Positions 30,969 to 39,728 of a DNA stretch of 64,000 nt are shown piece by piece (positions within the stretch are counted from its first letter, which is position 1; each line of letters starts with the position of its first letter). The notes below the pieces were generated by a model. That model searched no databases. It saw only the letters and a list, made by a program, of their open reading frames with translations, and had not been told where the DNA came from. This DNA comes from an uncultured bacterium (lineage in GTDB: Bacteria; Patescibacteriota; Minisyncoccia; Phycocordibacterales; PALSA-1337): NCBI GenBank assembly GCA_963848635.1, contig CAWKEA010000005.1, positions 111,341-175,340 on the forward strand. Reading direction: 5' to 3'. The position numbers were made by a program, and so were the translations under genes.

Positions 30969-31931
30969 TTAAATAAATTTTGGTTTGCGGTATCGTTCAA
31001 CCCGTCTTTCCCTGACTGCCTTTCTGTAGGTATCTCTGATAAGGTCAAGCAAAGCATTGAATTCATTCGTTGAGTCGAGCGATATGTCTATCCCGATTAC
31101 GGTTCCCCGCCAAACAGGCATATCTGGACTTTCCGAGTGCCTATCAAATACAGGATCTGCATGCAGCATCAACTCCTTTTCCTCCTTTCTACGTAATAGT
31201 TTATACATACCCATGCCACTATATATGACAAAAAAATCCCGATTAGTATAAGCGATAGATTTTATGAAGAATAGACCAGCACCAGCATTCTGAGCAGTAC
31301 CACCACCACGCGACGTTGTACCAGTAACCCCCGGCATCATTGCAAGTTTGATCGCATCGATATCGTCACTCGTCGCATGCGCACGGCTCAAACTCTTTCG
31401 TATGCCGATGCCAGTGTCAGCGATGCCGATACGGATCGAGTTGCTTTTCTTAAAGTATTGAGCGCATAGGATCGCGCCGTCTTTCGTCTCCGCGTGCTCC
31501 AAAACATTTCGAACGAGCTCACTGACGATATATCTGATAGGTTCTGCCTGTTGTGGCGCTAGATGCAGCATTGGTATCATCTCTGTGATAAATCTCGTCA
31601 ACTGATCCGAGTTCGTTATTTGCGTTAACGGCACGAATCTGCCTGACGGATCATGCTCGGTGATTTTCATGCCAGATTCAACTCCTAAAAAATTGAATAG
31701 GCCCATTCTTTCGAGGTAATGTCCTGATCTTGCGGTGATTTTTTGGCATTCAATATTTTTCTTACCTAATTTTACGGCAAGAGAAGCGATCATACTCAAA
31801 GCAACAGGATGTAGCCATATCCATTTATCGGCAGCCGTTATCGAAAGCCTATAGGAATCACTAGGATCAAACCCTGTAATGAATTGGTCTATGTTTCCCA
31901 GAAAAGCACCGTGTGGTAAATGTATCTTCAT
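30969..31931 (-). CDS. ATP-binding protein with GHKL/HATPase-like domain (anti-sigma kinase-like)
   Basis: SELVRNVLEHA (N box), IADTGIGI (G1), GAGLF (G2), GTVI. Confidence 0.82.
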   Translation of the reverse strand: MKIHLPHGAFLGNIDQFITGFDPSDSYRLSITAADKWIWLHPVALSMIASLAVKLGKKNIECQKITARSGHYLERMGLFNFLGVESGMKITEHDPSGRFVPLTQITNSDQLTRFITEMIPMLHLAPQQAEPIRYIVSELVRNVLEHAETKDGAILCAQYFKKSNSIRIGIADTGIGIRKSLSRAHATSDDIDAIKLAMMPGVTGTTSRGGGTAQNAGAGLFFIKSIAYTNRDFFVIYSGMGMYKLLRRKEEKELMLHADPVFDRHSESPDMPVWRGTVIGIDISLDSTNEFNALLDLIRDTYRKAVRERRVERYRKPKFI

Positions 31932-32003
31932 ACCGGGAATTCTACATTATACACGAAAATTAGCAATTTTCTATAATTCCCGGTGATTTAAGCCATAATT
32001 TAA

Positions 32004-32576
32004 CTACTTCATATCGTAACACCACCCTGGCTGCCATTTGAAGTGCGTGGTGACGAGCTTTTCATACGGCGTGCCCTCGAGGATATGCTGGATGGCGTAC
32101 TGGGTGGCGCGGTGGCCGATGATCATGACTCTCTTGCCGGAATAGTCGCGGGCGAGGTCATCGAGAAAGGACTTCATGCGCGCCAGGGTTTGGTCATAGC
32201 TCTCGCCATTCGGGAACGGGACATGGAGGCGGCCGGGCTTTTCCGCGTCGACGACTTCGCTCGGCTTTTGGGTCAGGTCGCCATAGTCGCATTCGCGTAG
32301 ACGTTTATCGCGGATTATAGGCCAACGATTTCCAAAGCCGATCTCTGCCGAACGATAGGCGCGAGCCAGGTCCGAGGTGAAGACCGCGTCGAAATGGTCG
32401 TCCTTGTACCTCTCGCCCATCTCGCGCGATTGCTGCTCGCCGAGTGGCGACAAAGCCACGTCGTTCCAGCCCGAGGAAAGGTGGGCTTCATTGTCGAACG
32501 TCGTGCCGTGCGCTTCAAAGATGAGGCCTACGGCTCTCTGAGCCTCAGGCTCGAATGAGGTGAGGGGTTTGGGCAT
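32004..32576 (-). CDS. Histidine phosphatase (phosphoglycerate mutase-like) family protein
   Basis: EAHGTT.DN, LSPLG, FTSDLARA, LRECDYG, FPNGES, IIGH; start ATG 32576. Confidence 0.88.
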   Translation of the reverse strand: MPKPLTSFEPEAQRAVGLIFEAHGTTFDNEAHLSSGWNDVALSPLGEQQSREMGERYKDDHFDAVFTSDLARAYRSAEIGFGNRWPIIRDKRLRECDYGDLTQKPSEVVDAEKPGRLHVPFPNGESYDQTLARMKSFLDDLARDYSGKRVMIIGHRATQYAIQHILEGTPYEKLVTTHFKWQPGWCYDMK

Positions 32577-32633
32577 GTGCAAAGTATATACCAGACCCCT
32601 TGATTTTCAAGCTGCTTTGATGTATATTCTTAG

Positions 32634-32710
32634 AGTCTTTCGGTCGTACCATTTGACCGAAAGGGTTTTACATCCAAGGGCAGTCCTCCTCGCGGAGGGC
32701 TGCTTTCGTT
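32634..32710 (+). ncRNA. Putative small RNA (about 75 nt) convergent on the NYN gene
   Basis: TTGATT-17-TATATT (32600-32628), hairpin ctttcggtc/gaccgaaag, terminal hairpin gggcagtcctc/gagggctgctt with plus-strand G-U pairs; no ORF. Confidence 0.55.
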
Positions 32711-32715
32711 ACTGC

Positions 32716-33282
32716 CTATTCGAGCTGTTGTCGACGCTTTAACTCCCTGCCCCAGATATCATCTGTAATGTCGAGCACATCGAAATATCCGTCTGTTCCT
32801 GTCTTTAATTCTTGTGAGATATTGTTCTTTGAGGAGAATACGAAGACTTTCTTGCCGCCGTTGCGGACATACGAGACGAGCGCCAAGAAATCAGAATCGC
32901 CGGAGAATAGGACTGCTGTGTCGTATTTTTTCATATGAGTGATCACATCTATAGTTATTTCAACGTCCATGTTGCCTTTTTCTTCGATAGCTTCTCCGGT
33001 CGATGTCGTTACGGTTATCCGCTTCAGCTCTTTTTTGCGAACGGTTATGCCCAGTCCTTTTTTCATATAGGTGAAGAATTTATGCTTGCCATCGAGGTCA
33101 TAATCCCTCGTGCCTTCTTTTGGATAGGCTGTGTAATAGAAGAACTCGACAGATGAACCCTCGAGCTTTGTCTTGAGCACCTCCTTCAACTTTGCATAAT
33201 CAAAAAAGCGACCCTTGGTCTTCTGGGCTTGCCAAACGTTCGATGCGTCTATGAATACCGAGATCCTGTTTTTACTGGACAT
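32716..33282 (-). CDS. NYN domain (LabA/DUF88, PIN-like) RNase
   Basis: VFIDASN, EKGNMDVEI.ID, LFSGDSDF: acidic metal-binding set intact. Confidence 0.92.
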   Translation of the reverse strand: MSSKNRISVFIDASNVWQAQKTKGRFFDYAKLKEVLKTKLEGSSVEFFYYTAYPKEGTRDYDLDGKHKFFTYMKKGLGITVRKKELKRITVTTSTGEAIEEKGNMDVEITIDVITHMKKYDTAVLFSGDSDFLALVSYVRNGGKKVFVFSSKNNISQELKTGTDGYFDVLDITDDIWGRELKRRQQLE

Positions 33283-33447
33283 TCTGACAATTATACCATT
33301 TTCTTTGTTTCAGCTGAAATAAATACAAATTGACGGCCTAATGATTACACCGAAATGATCTCGAACTTATCATCTATGACCAAAACGGCTTAATGGTACT
33401 TTTGTGAGGCTGTATCGGAATGTATAACAAAATATACACTCTAAATT

Positions 33448-33491
33448 GAATGTATAAAAATACTTGACTTTTTTATACATTCGTATATGAT
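33448..33491 (+). promoter_or_regulatory. Fic promoter with overlapping palindromic operator
   Basis: gaatgtataaaaa...tttttatacattc brackets TTGACT; TATGAT at 33486-33491. Confidence 0.65.
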
Positions 33492-33514
33492 TGTATTATT
33501 AACTAACATAAACA

Positions 33515-34630
33515 ATGCCTAATTTCATTGGAGAGAAGGAAATATTCGATATCAAAATCAAATCCACCTTAGAAAACATGGAGGTTCTAAAGAAACTTGA
33601 GACGGCGTCACGCTGTATAGGAGAGGTCAACAACATCGTCTCAAATGTTCTAGAATTTGATTTCATCATTTCAGCCCTAAAAAATATAGAGGCTCTTAAT
33701 AGTGCCCGCATAGAGGGAACGACTGGAAATCTCAAGGATCTATACCTTGAAGAGTCTCTCGATTTCGAAAAGAAGAAACGCCTGAAGCTTTTTAGCGCTG
33801 TAAACTACAAGCTCACAATGAGCGAGCTAGAAGACATCGTCAAAGGACACAAGGTTGTCGATTTGTCCTTGATCCGACATTTGCATAAACTTCTCACCGA
33901 AAATGATCCATCGACCCAAGGAACTCCGGGTAGCTTTAGAAATGTTGAGGTAAAGATACAAAACAGTAAGCTGGGAGATTTTTACCCCGTGCATCCAACA
34001 AAAATGCAGGATTTCACGTCAAGGCTGGTGGCTGAGATTGATTCCAGATCTGCTTTCCCTTCTCTGTTGCAAACGGGAATAACCCACTATCAATTTGAAT
34101 CTATACATCCATTTGAGGATGGAAATGGTAGGACTGGCAGATTGCTCATCATCGCGCAATTGCTTATCGATAAATCTCTCATATCTGCAGTATTGAATTT
34201 GAGTCAGTACTTTGATACTCATCGAGAAGAATACGTCGCTGCGCTAAGATCTGTGAGCGATAAAGCTGATTTCACTGATTGGATACTATTCTTTCTTGAA
34301 GCAATCATATGCCAGACTGTGCATAATATTGACCTTATTAAAAAACTAAGATCTCTAAAAGAGAGCAACGAAATGCTCATAAATGAAAATACCCGTTCTT
34401 CGGCGGCTTTGCACGTGTTGAACCATTCTCTCAATGAGCTATATATCACGATAACGAGCGCGGAGGCATTTCTTCGAAAGAAAAAAGTTAAGGGTGATTT
34501 GAGACAAATGGCAAGAAATAATATCTTATTGCTCAAAAAAATTGGCATCCTAGACATAACTACTTACAAAAAAGGCCGTTCTCAAGCTTATGTGCATAAG
34601 CAGCTTAAAGATATGTTGATGAGACCATAG
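33515..34630 (+). CDS. Fic family protein
   Basis: Canonical HPFEDGNGRTGR; N-terminal inhibitory-helix motif SARIEG. Confidence 0.93.
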   Translation: MPNFIGEKEIFDIKIKSTLENMEVLKKLETASRCIGEVNNIVSNVLEFDFIISALKNIEALNSARIEGTTGNLKDLYLEESLDFEKKKRLKLFSAVNYKLTMSELEDIVKGHKVVDLSLIRHLHKLLTENDPSTQGTPGSFRNVEVKIQNSKLGDFYPVHPTKMQDFTSRLVAEIDSRSAFPSLLQTGITHYQFESIHPFEDGNGRTGRLLIIAQLLIDKSLISAVLNLSQYFDTHREEYVAALRSVSDKADFTDWILFFLEAIICQTVHNIDLIKKLRSLKESNEMLINENTRSSAALHVLNHSLNELYITITSAEAFLRKKKVKGDLRQMARNNILLLKKIGILDITTYKKGRSQAYVHKQLKDMLMRP

Positions 34631-34663
34631 TCATATTGATATCGATCAATGTATACTATAGAT

Positions 34664-34750
34664 ATGTCTGCGGGTCGTCAGACCTATCTGGCTTATATTA
34701 AAGTCGGAGACAGGCATACTAAAGGGCGTCACTTATGGTGGCGTTTTTTA
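34664..34750 (+). ncRNA. Putative orphan small structured RNA
   Basis: TATACT at 34652-34657; outer stem atgtctg/caggcat enclosing ggtc-gtca-gacc and tctggctt/aagtcgga; terminator gggcgtcac/gtggcgttt plus T-run. Confidence 0.45.
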
Positions 34751-34854
34751 GTGTGTCTTCGTTGTTAATAAATGTGATATAATATTTTTGAGTAACCTCG
34801 CCGGACTATATGTCCGGTTTTTCCGTCTTTACCTTAATACATATCCAGCACTTT

Positions 34855-35643
34855 TCATTTAATTATCGGAAACAATGCTTCCTTCCCTTCGGTCCATTCT
34901 TTGTAGAGATGCTTGTTCGCAGCGATGAAATCGAGGTTGTTGAAATCATACTTCGTGCTGCCGATATTGGCGACGATGCCGCCCGCTTCGGAAACGAGGA
35001 GCGAGCCGGGAGCGTAATCATAATCCTCTCCATATGGATTTAAGCAAATCCTTCCCTCGAGCTTGCCGGTGGCCACGAGGACGTATTCATATCCCGAGGT
35101 CACAGCCCTGAAGAATTTCGTCTTCTGTGAAAATTTGAGGAACTTCTCCATATTTTCCGGCCTGTCTCGCTTTTCGATCTGCGACTCATACGCCGCATAT
35201 GAATTGGATACCGGGCGCTCGCTCACATGGATACGCTCGTCGTTCATATAGGCACCCTCGCCGCGCCGCGCGTGATAGACGACATCATTGATGAAGTCGT
35301 AGATGATGCTGAAATTGACCCGGGCCTCCTCGATGAGAGCGAGCATCGTCGTGCAGAACGGCAAGCCACGGATATAATGCGCAGTGCCGTCTATCGGATC
35401 GGCTATCCAAAACCGCTTGGCCTTCCTGTTGCCGCCAAACTCCTCGCCGACAAAGTCCGCTTCCGGATCGATCTTCTTTAGCTCTCTCGCATAATACCGT
35501 TCGATCTCCTCGTCGAGCTCTGTCACGACATTGGCCGCAGAGCTGTCTTTTTGCTTCGTCGCCTCAATCTTGCCCCAGTGCGGCAAGAGCATGGCTCGCG
35601 TGCCGCGAACCATTCGTATCACCTGTTCGTCTTTTGTTTTCAT
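34855..35643 (-). CDS. Inositol monophosphatase family protein
   Basis: VVTELD, VGEE, WIADPIDGTAHY, YDYAPG.LLV.EAGG. Confidence 0.92.
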   Translation of the reverse strand: MKTKDEQVIRMVRGTRAMLLPHWGKIEATKQKDSSAANVVTELDEEIERYYARELKKIDPEADFVGEEFGGNRKAKRFWIADPIDGTAHYIRGLPFCTTMLALIEEARVNFSIIYDFINDVVYHARRGEGAYMNDERIHVSERPVSNSYAAYESQIEKRDRPENMEKFLKFSQKTKFFRAVTSGYEYVLVATGKLEGRICLNPYGEDYDYAPGSLLVSEAGGIVANIGSTKYDFNNLDFIAANKHLYKEWTEGKEALFPIIK

Positions 35644-35824
35644 GCCTTTATCCTACTACCACCAGATTTTTTGTCTATTGGAGAAAGAAAAGTCCCACAC
35701 CGCTCTTTTCAGGGAGTGCAGGACATATGAACTGGCAAGAGCGGTCAGAACCTGAGCGAAACATTCGCCGTGTAGAGAATGAAATCCTTGTACACGACGC
35801 CACCGAACGATTACGAACGACCTG

Positions 35825-35930
35825 TTGACTTTTCTAGTTTATTATGTTAAGATTGAATCAGAAACACCGAACAGCTTTCATAAACAAACAAAGGCTGAAC
35901 AGAGTCTTTGACAACAAAAAAAGGAATCAT
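35825..35930 (+). promoter_or_regulatory. Promoter, leader hairpin, boxA-like motif and SD
   Basis: TTGACT-17-TAAGAT, cagcttt...aaggctg hairpin, AGTCTTTGACAA (35903-35914), AAAGGA before ATG. Confidence 0.65.
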
Positions 35931-36782
35931 ATGAGTCTATTATTCGCATTGCTTGGCATGGTCATAGGGGCGTTGTACACATGGTGTATATGCCCCACCA
36001 ACTACATAGCCATGGTTATCGGCGCGGTCATCTTCGGCACGATAACATTGTGCCTGTATAAAATGCAGCGCACCAGGATTTGGTTTGCTTTGTTCGTACG
36101 GAGACATCCTTGGACATTGCCTGTATTTTTTTTCCTGGTCTTGCTCGTGCCCATAGTCAGTTTGGGAATAAGCCACCGGCACAATGGAGGAAGCGACAAG
36201 AACCAGCCAACTGTCCTGTCGAAAACCGAGACCAATGATCTCTCGGTCGCAGTTGCGTCGACGAATGTCACCGCCATCGCGGCTCCCCTGCCGAAAAACT
36301 CGATCATCATAAATATCGGCGGCGGAAGCATCGGATCGGCCATCGCGACGATCATGCAGAACCGTCAGCTATCGCAACCCCAACAGTTACAACAGCCGCA
36401 ACCGCCGACCGTGATCATCGTGACGAACACGGTCATCTACAGGACGGAAGAAAAAGCCGCCTTGGACGACCAACAATCCGCGATACCGTTGCCGGAGCCT
36501 AATCCGAACGGGTATGTTGAGAGAGAATACGTGATCCCGCCGAACGGATATCAGACCTTCTCAACTTCACCAAATACAGTCGTCTGCGCCTACTGCCCAT
36601 ATGCTGACAGCGACCGCGACGCGATCAGACTGTACTACGACGGCAAACCAGCGTCAGAATATCCTGAATACAGGAATTATGGTTCAGTCCAGGGGTTCAG
36701 CAGGTATGGGTTTCAAAACCAGGGCCAGCGGAGTATCCCGATAAGGATCAGGACCTCGTCTTCCGGACAAAGAAGGCGATGA
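35931..36782 (+). CDS. Orphan membrane-anchored protein (3 N-terminal TM, Q/P/T-rich linker, C-terminal beta domain)
   Basis: ATG 35931 after SD; terminator gagggacgc/gcttccctc plus T-run at about 36799-36832. Confidence 0.7.
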   Translation: MSLLFALLGMVIGALYTWCICPTNYIAMVIGAVIFGTITLCLYKMQRTRIWFALFVRRHPWTLPVFFFLVLLVPIVSLGISHRHNGGSDKNQPTVLSKTETNDLSVAVASTNVTAIAAPLPKNSIIINIGGGSIGSAIATIMQNRQLSQPQQLQQPQPPTVIIVTNTVIYRTEEKAALDDQQSAIPLPEPNPNGYVEREYVIPPNGYQTFSTSPNTVVCAYCPYADSDRDAIRLYYDGKPASEYPEYRNYGSVQGFSRYGFQNQGQRSIPIRIRTSSSGQRRR

Positions 36783-36886
36783 TGGTAACAGAATACACAA
36801 AAGAGGGACGCTCGCGCTTCCCTCTTTTTTTCTTGCACCATTCTCTCTTTGCTTGATCTATATCTGTCTTTCTGTATACCGATCGG

Positions 36887-37153
36887 CTACAGCGGCGACG
36901 AGATATTCAGCGTATTCGCGATGAGCCGGATTATTCCATAGGCCCCCAACATGATGAACATGCCGATCGCAGAGTACAGTATATGCATCTGGCCGGTCGC
37001 GCGCCCTTCTGGGCTATCGGCACTTCTTATGAGCTTGTATACTCCCCAGATAAAGTAGACGAAAGCCAGTCCGAACAATAAAAGCAATCCTGGCTCGATT
37101 ATATTCGAAATGATCGGCGCAAGAATGGTTGACAGAGTGGAATTCGAGTTCAT
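36887..37153 (-). CDS. VirB2/TrbC-like (T4SS-type) pilin
   Basis: Two hydrophobic helices around a short polar loop (FIWGVYKLI...GQMHILYSAIGMFIM). Confidence 0.75.
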   Translation of the reverse strand: MNSNSTLSTILAPIISNIIEPGLLLLFGLAFVYFIWGVYKLIRSADSPEGRATGQMHILYSAIGMFIMLGAYGIIRLIANTLNISSPL

Positions 37154-37184
37154 GTGAGGACTATGATGGCGTTCTGCCTACAGG

Positions 37185-37565
37185 CTACTGGATTTGCGGA
37201 ACGGTCGGAATCTCGTTGGCATTGAGACCGTTGTTCGCGGTATTGAATGTCGAAGTCAAAAGATGCACAAGACCCCAGATACAGAGAATGATGGCGAGAC
37301 CGCCGATGCCCCAGAGAGCATTGTTGCGCCATTTCTTTGCGTTTTCGCCTCCGCTATCGACGATCCACACGACGACGCTGACGATGATCCATAGCACAGC
37401 CAGAGCTATCAAGACATCGATTGCTACATCGAACAGATACGTGAGACGTTGAGCCAACGTAGTGGCATCACTGATAGAACTCGGATTGACGCCTGACGGA
37501 GCGATAGACTGGGCAAAAGCGACTGACGGACCAAAAGAAACGAGTGCGATTATGAATTTTTTCAT
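37185..37565 (-). CDS. VirB2/TrbC-like pilin
   Basis: Signal peptide (AFAQ), helix-loop-helix, WGIGGLAII.CIWGLV. Confidence 0.78.
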   Translation of the reverse strand: MKKFIIALVSFGPSVAFAQSIAPSGVNPSSISDATTLAQRLTYLFDVAIDVLIALAVLWIIVSVVVWIVDSGGENAKKWRNNALWGIGGLAIILCIWGLVHLLTSTFNTANNGLNANEIPTVPQIQ

Positions 37566-37696
37566 AGTTATTGGTTAATTCGATTAACTGCTCAAGTATA
37601 CCAGATTCAAGAGGTTTCAAGTATTGCGGCTGTGGATTATCGTATGGACGGGTTCGGTGCCGATTTTATTGTACGGATCAGCTGTTAAAGGATTAT

Positions 37697-38134
37697 TTAG
37701 TGAACAGTGATCGTATTGTTCGCGGTCGGCTGAGAGGCGGCGCCAGACGAGCCCGACGACGTGCATGAGGAGGCATTACTGCCGAACATATTGCCGAACG
37801 TCGTAGGCGCGGAATTGTTGAGGCTGAACGTATTCGTCACCAGATTGACGAGGCCCCAGAAGCAGACGATGACGGCGAATCCGATGATCCCCCAAAGGAT
37901 ATATGTCCCGCGCTCCTTGGTCTCTTTTTCAGTAAAGAAATACCGGAAGACATTGAAGATGAAGACGACCATCGCCAGGCCGATGATTATCTTGATGGCG
38001 GTGTTGAAATATCCGAGGGCTGACTGAGATATGGTGCAGAGCGTGACTGTCTGCGCCAAAGCGAACGAAGGGGCAACAGCGAGAGAGATGACTGCTATCG
38101 CTTGGGCGGTCTTTCTTTGAAAAAAATATTTCAT
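37697..38134 (-). CDS. VirB2/TrbC-like pilin
   Basis: Signal peptide (ALAQ), ILWGIIGFAVIVCFWGLVNLV. Confidence 0.78.
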   Translation of the reverse strand: MKYFFQRKTAQAIAVISLAVAPSFALAQTVTLCTISQSALGYFNTAIKIIIGLAMVVFIFNVFRYFFTEKETKERGTYILWGIIGFAVIVCFWGLVNLVTNTFSLNNSAPTTFGNMFGSNASSCTSSGSSGAASQPTANNTITVH

Positions 38135-38191
38135 GGTTGTTTTATTATATCGATTTCTATTGTAATGGGCATGCTTTGTTCTGTCCGCGAT

Positions 38192-38599
38192 CTATTGCGT
38201 CGGGAGAAGCCCCGTTTGCACGACCCCGGCCGAAGTCAACGTGCTCTCAATGACCGAGACGATGACTTTTGCCCCGATGAGTATGGCCGTGCCGACCGAA
38301 ACCCATATGAACCAGCTCCATGCTTTATTGATCTCTTCTGGCTTGCCTTGGGCAAATATGAATTTAAAGCCGACATAGACATACATAATGACGGCTATGA
38401 CGGCGCCGATCGGAATGGCGATATTGACCGCGCTTGTGAGAAGCGTAGTGATGCTCGTCGCCTGGAGCGGATTACAGATCGCGGCAGAGCCGGACGAGCA
38501 CGGAACTGATGTCTGTGCGGAGGCGGCGAATGGCGCGCACGTGGCTAGAGCATTCAAAACAAGAGCGCTGACATAGAAAGCTGTGATTATTTTTTTCAT
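38192..38599 (-). CDS. VirB2/TrbC-like pilin
   Basis: Signal peptide, ICNPL, GFKFIFAQGKPEEINKA, VGTAILIGA. Confidence 0.8.
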   Translation of the reverse strand: MKKIITAFYVSALVLNALATCAPFAASAQTSVPCSSGSAAICNPLQATSITTLLTSAVNIAIPIGAVIAVIMYVYVGFKFIFAQGKPEEINKAWSWFIWVSVGTAILIGAKVIVSVIESTLTSAGVVQTGLLPTQ

Positions 38600-38600
38600 A

Positions 38601-39728
38601 TTATTGTCCTAAAAATGTGGTAATGCCTGTCTGATTCGTCGAACTGCCATTCGTGCCGGTCGTGAGCCAGCTGACGATAGTATACACCGAAACCCACGCA
38701 ATGAGCATGATACCGAAACCGATTCCAGCGGCCGTGAAGATGCCGTTCGCCTTGCTACGATTGCCCGGCGTGCCTAATATGTAGAGAACCCCACCATAAG
38801 CGAATAGGACGATCGCTATAGGGATGGCTATGGCGAAAAGCCAATTGACAATAGTACGGCCCTCGATCAAGAGCTCGCTAAAATCACAGGTAGGAAGGCT
38901 ATTGTCCGTATTGTTCGGATTCGAAAGGTCGGTCGCGCCCTTGCATTTGACGAGACCCGTAGGGCCGGTGGCATTTGTGTTCGTGTTCGTGTTTGTGTTC
39001 GCCGATGCTGAAGTATTCGCAGTTCCATTCGTGTTTCCAGAAGTTGAAGGACCTGTGCCGACATTCACAGTAGGAGCGTTGACGATATTTTGGCCGCAAA
39101 AACCTGTGTTTGGGTTATAGGTATAGCCTGACTGGCAGTTTGTAGTGCTGTTCATAGGTAGAGCGCAATATCCAAGAACTGAATTATAGACATAGCCATA
39201 GGAGCAACTATTGTTGCTGGTATTTGAATTTGAAGAAGAAGTGCTTGGGGCAGGGACTATAGTCAAGAGGACCGGAGAATCAGTGACATACGTTTCGAGC
39301 GACGGATTATCGGTCGTATAGTCCAAGATAAGCCCATATGTTCCCTGGTGAGATCCGATACTGCTCGGGTTGATCGCATAGGTCGTAGTGGCTCCGGTCG
39401 TCGGAACTCTCTGGAGAAGGAGCGTGCCGGTAGCGAATGTCGACGGATCGGCCAAATATATCTCAATAGAAGGGTTAGACTGATTTGAAAACGAGGGCAA
39501 GGATCCGACCAGGACATAGCCGCTCTGCCCTATCTGCCATGTCGCCGAATTGTTATTGGTGCCGGTGCCATCGTAGTTGAGCGGATAGAACGGCACCTCT
39601 TGCGCACTGCTCTGGGCGATGTTCTGCGCATAAGCAGTCGACGCGACAGGCGCAGTGGAGATGGCGACGAGCGCAATTGCCGCGACAATGAAATAGCTTG
39701 CTAGAGAGATTTTTCTGATATGTTTCAT
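38601..39728 (-). CDS. Large pilin: N-terminal extracellular domain, Cys mini-repeats, NT-rich linker, C-terminal VirB2/TrbC-like module
   Basis: CSYGYVYNSVLGYC / CQSGYTYNPNTGFC, (NT)n, GLVKC...CDF, YGG.LYI...A.GI....IG...AW. Confidence 0.78.
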   Translation of the reverse strand: MKHIRKISLASYFIVAAIALVAISTAPVASTAYAQNIAQSSAQEVPFYPLNYDGTGTNNNSATWQIGQSGYVLVGSLPSFSNQSNPSIEIYLADPSTFATGTLLLQRVPTTGATTTYAINPSSIGSHQGTYGLILDYTTDNPSLETYVTDSPVLLTIVPAPSTSSSNSNTSNNSCSYGYVYNSVLGYCALPMNSTTNCQSGYTYNPNTGFCGQNIVNAPTVNVGTGPSTSGNTNGTANTSASANTNTNTNTNATGPTGLVKCKGATDLSNPNNTDNSLPTCDFSELLIEGRTIVNWLFAIAIPIAIVLFAYGGVLYILGTPGNRSKANGIFTAAGIGFGIMLIAWVSVYTIVSWLTTGTNGSSTNQTGITTFLGQ

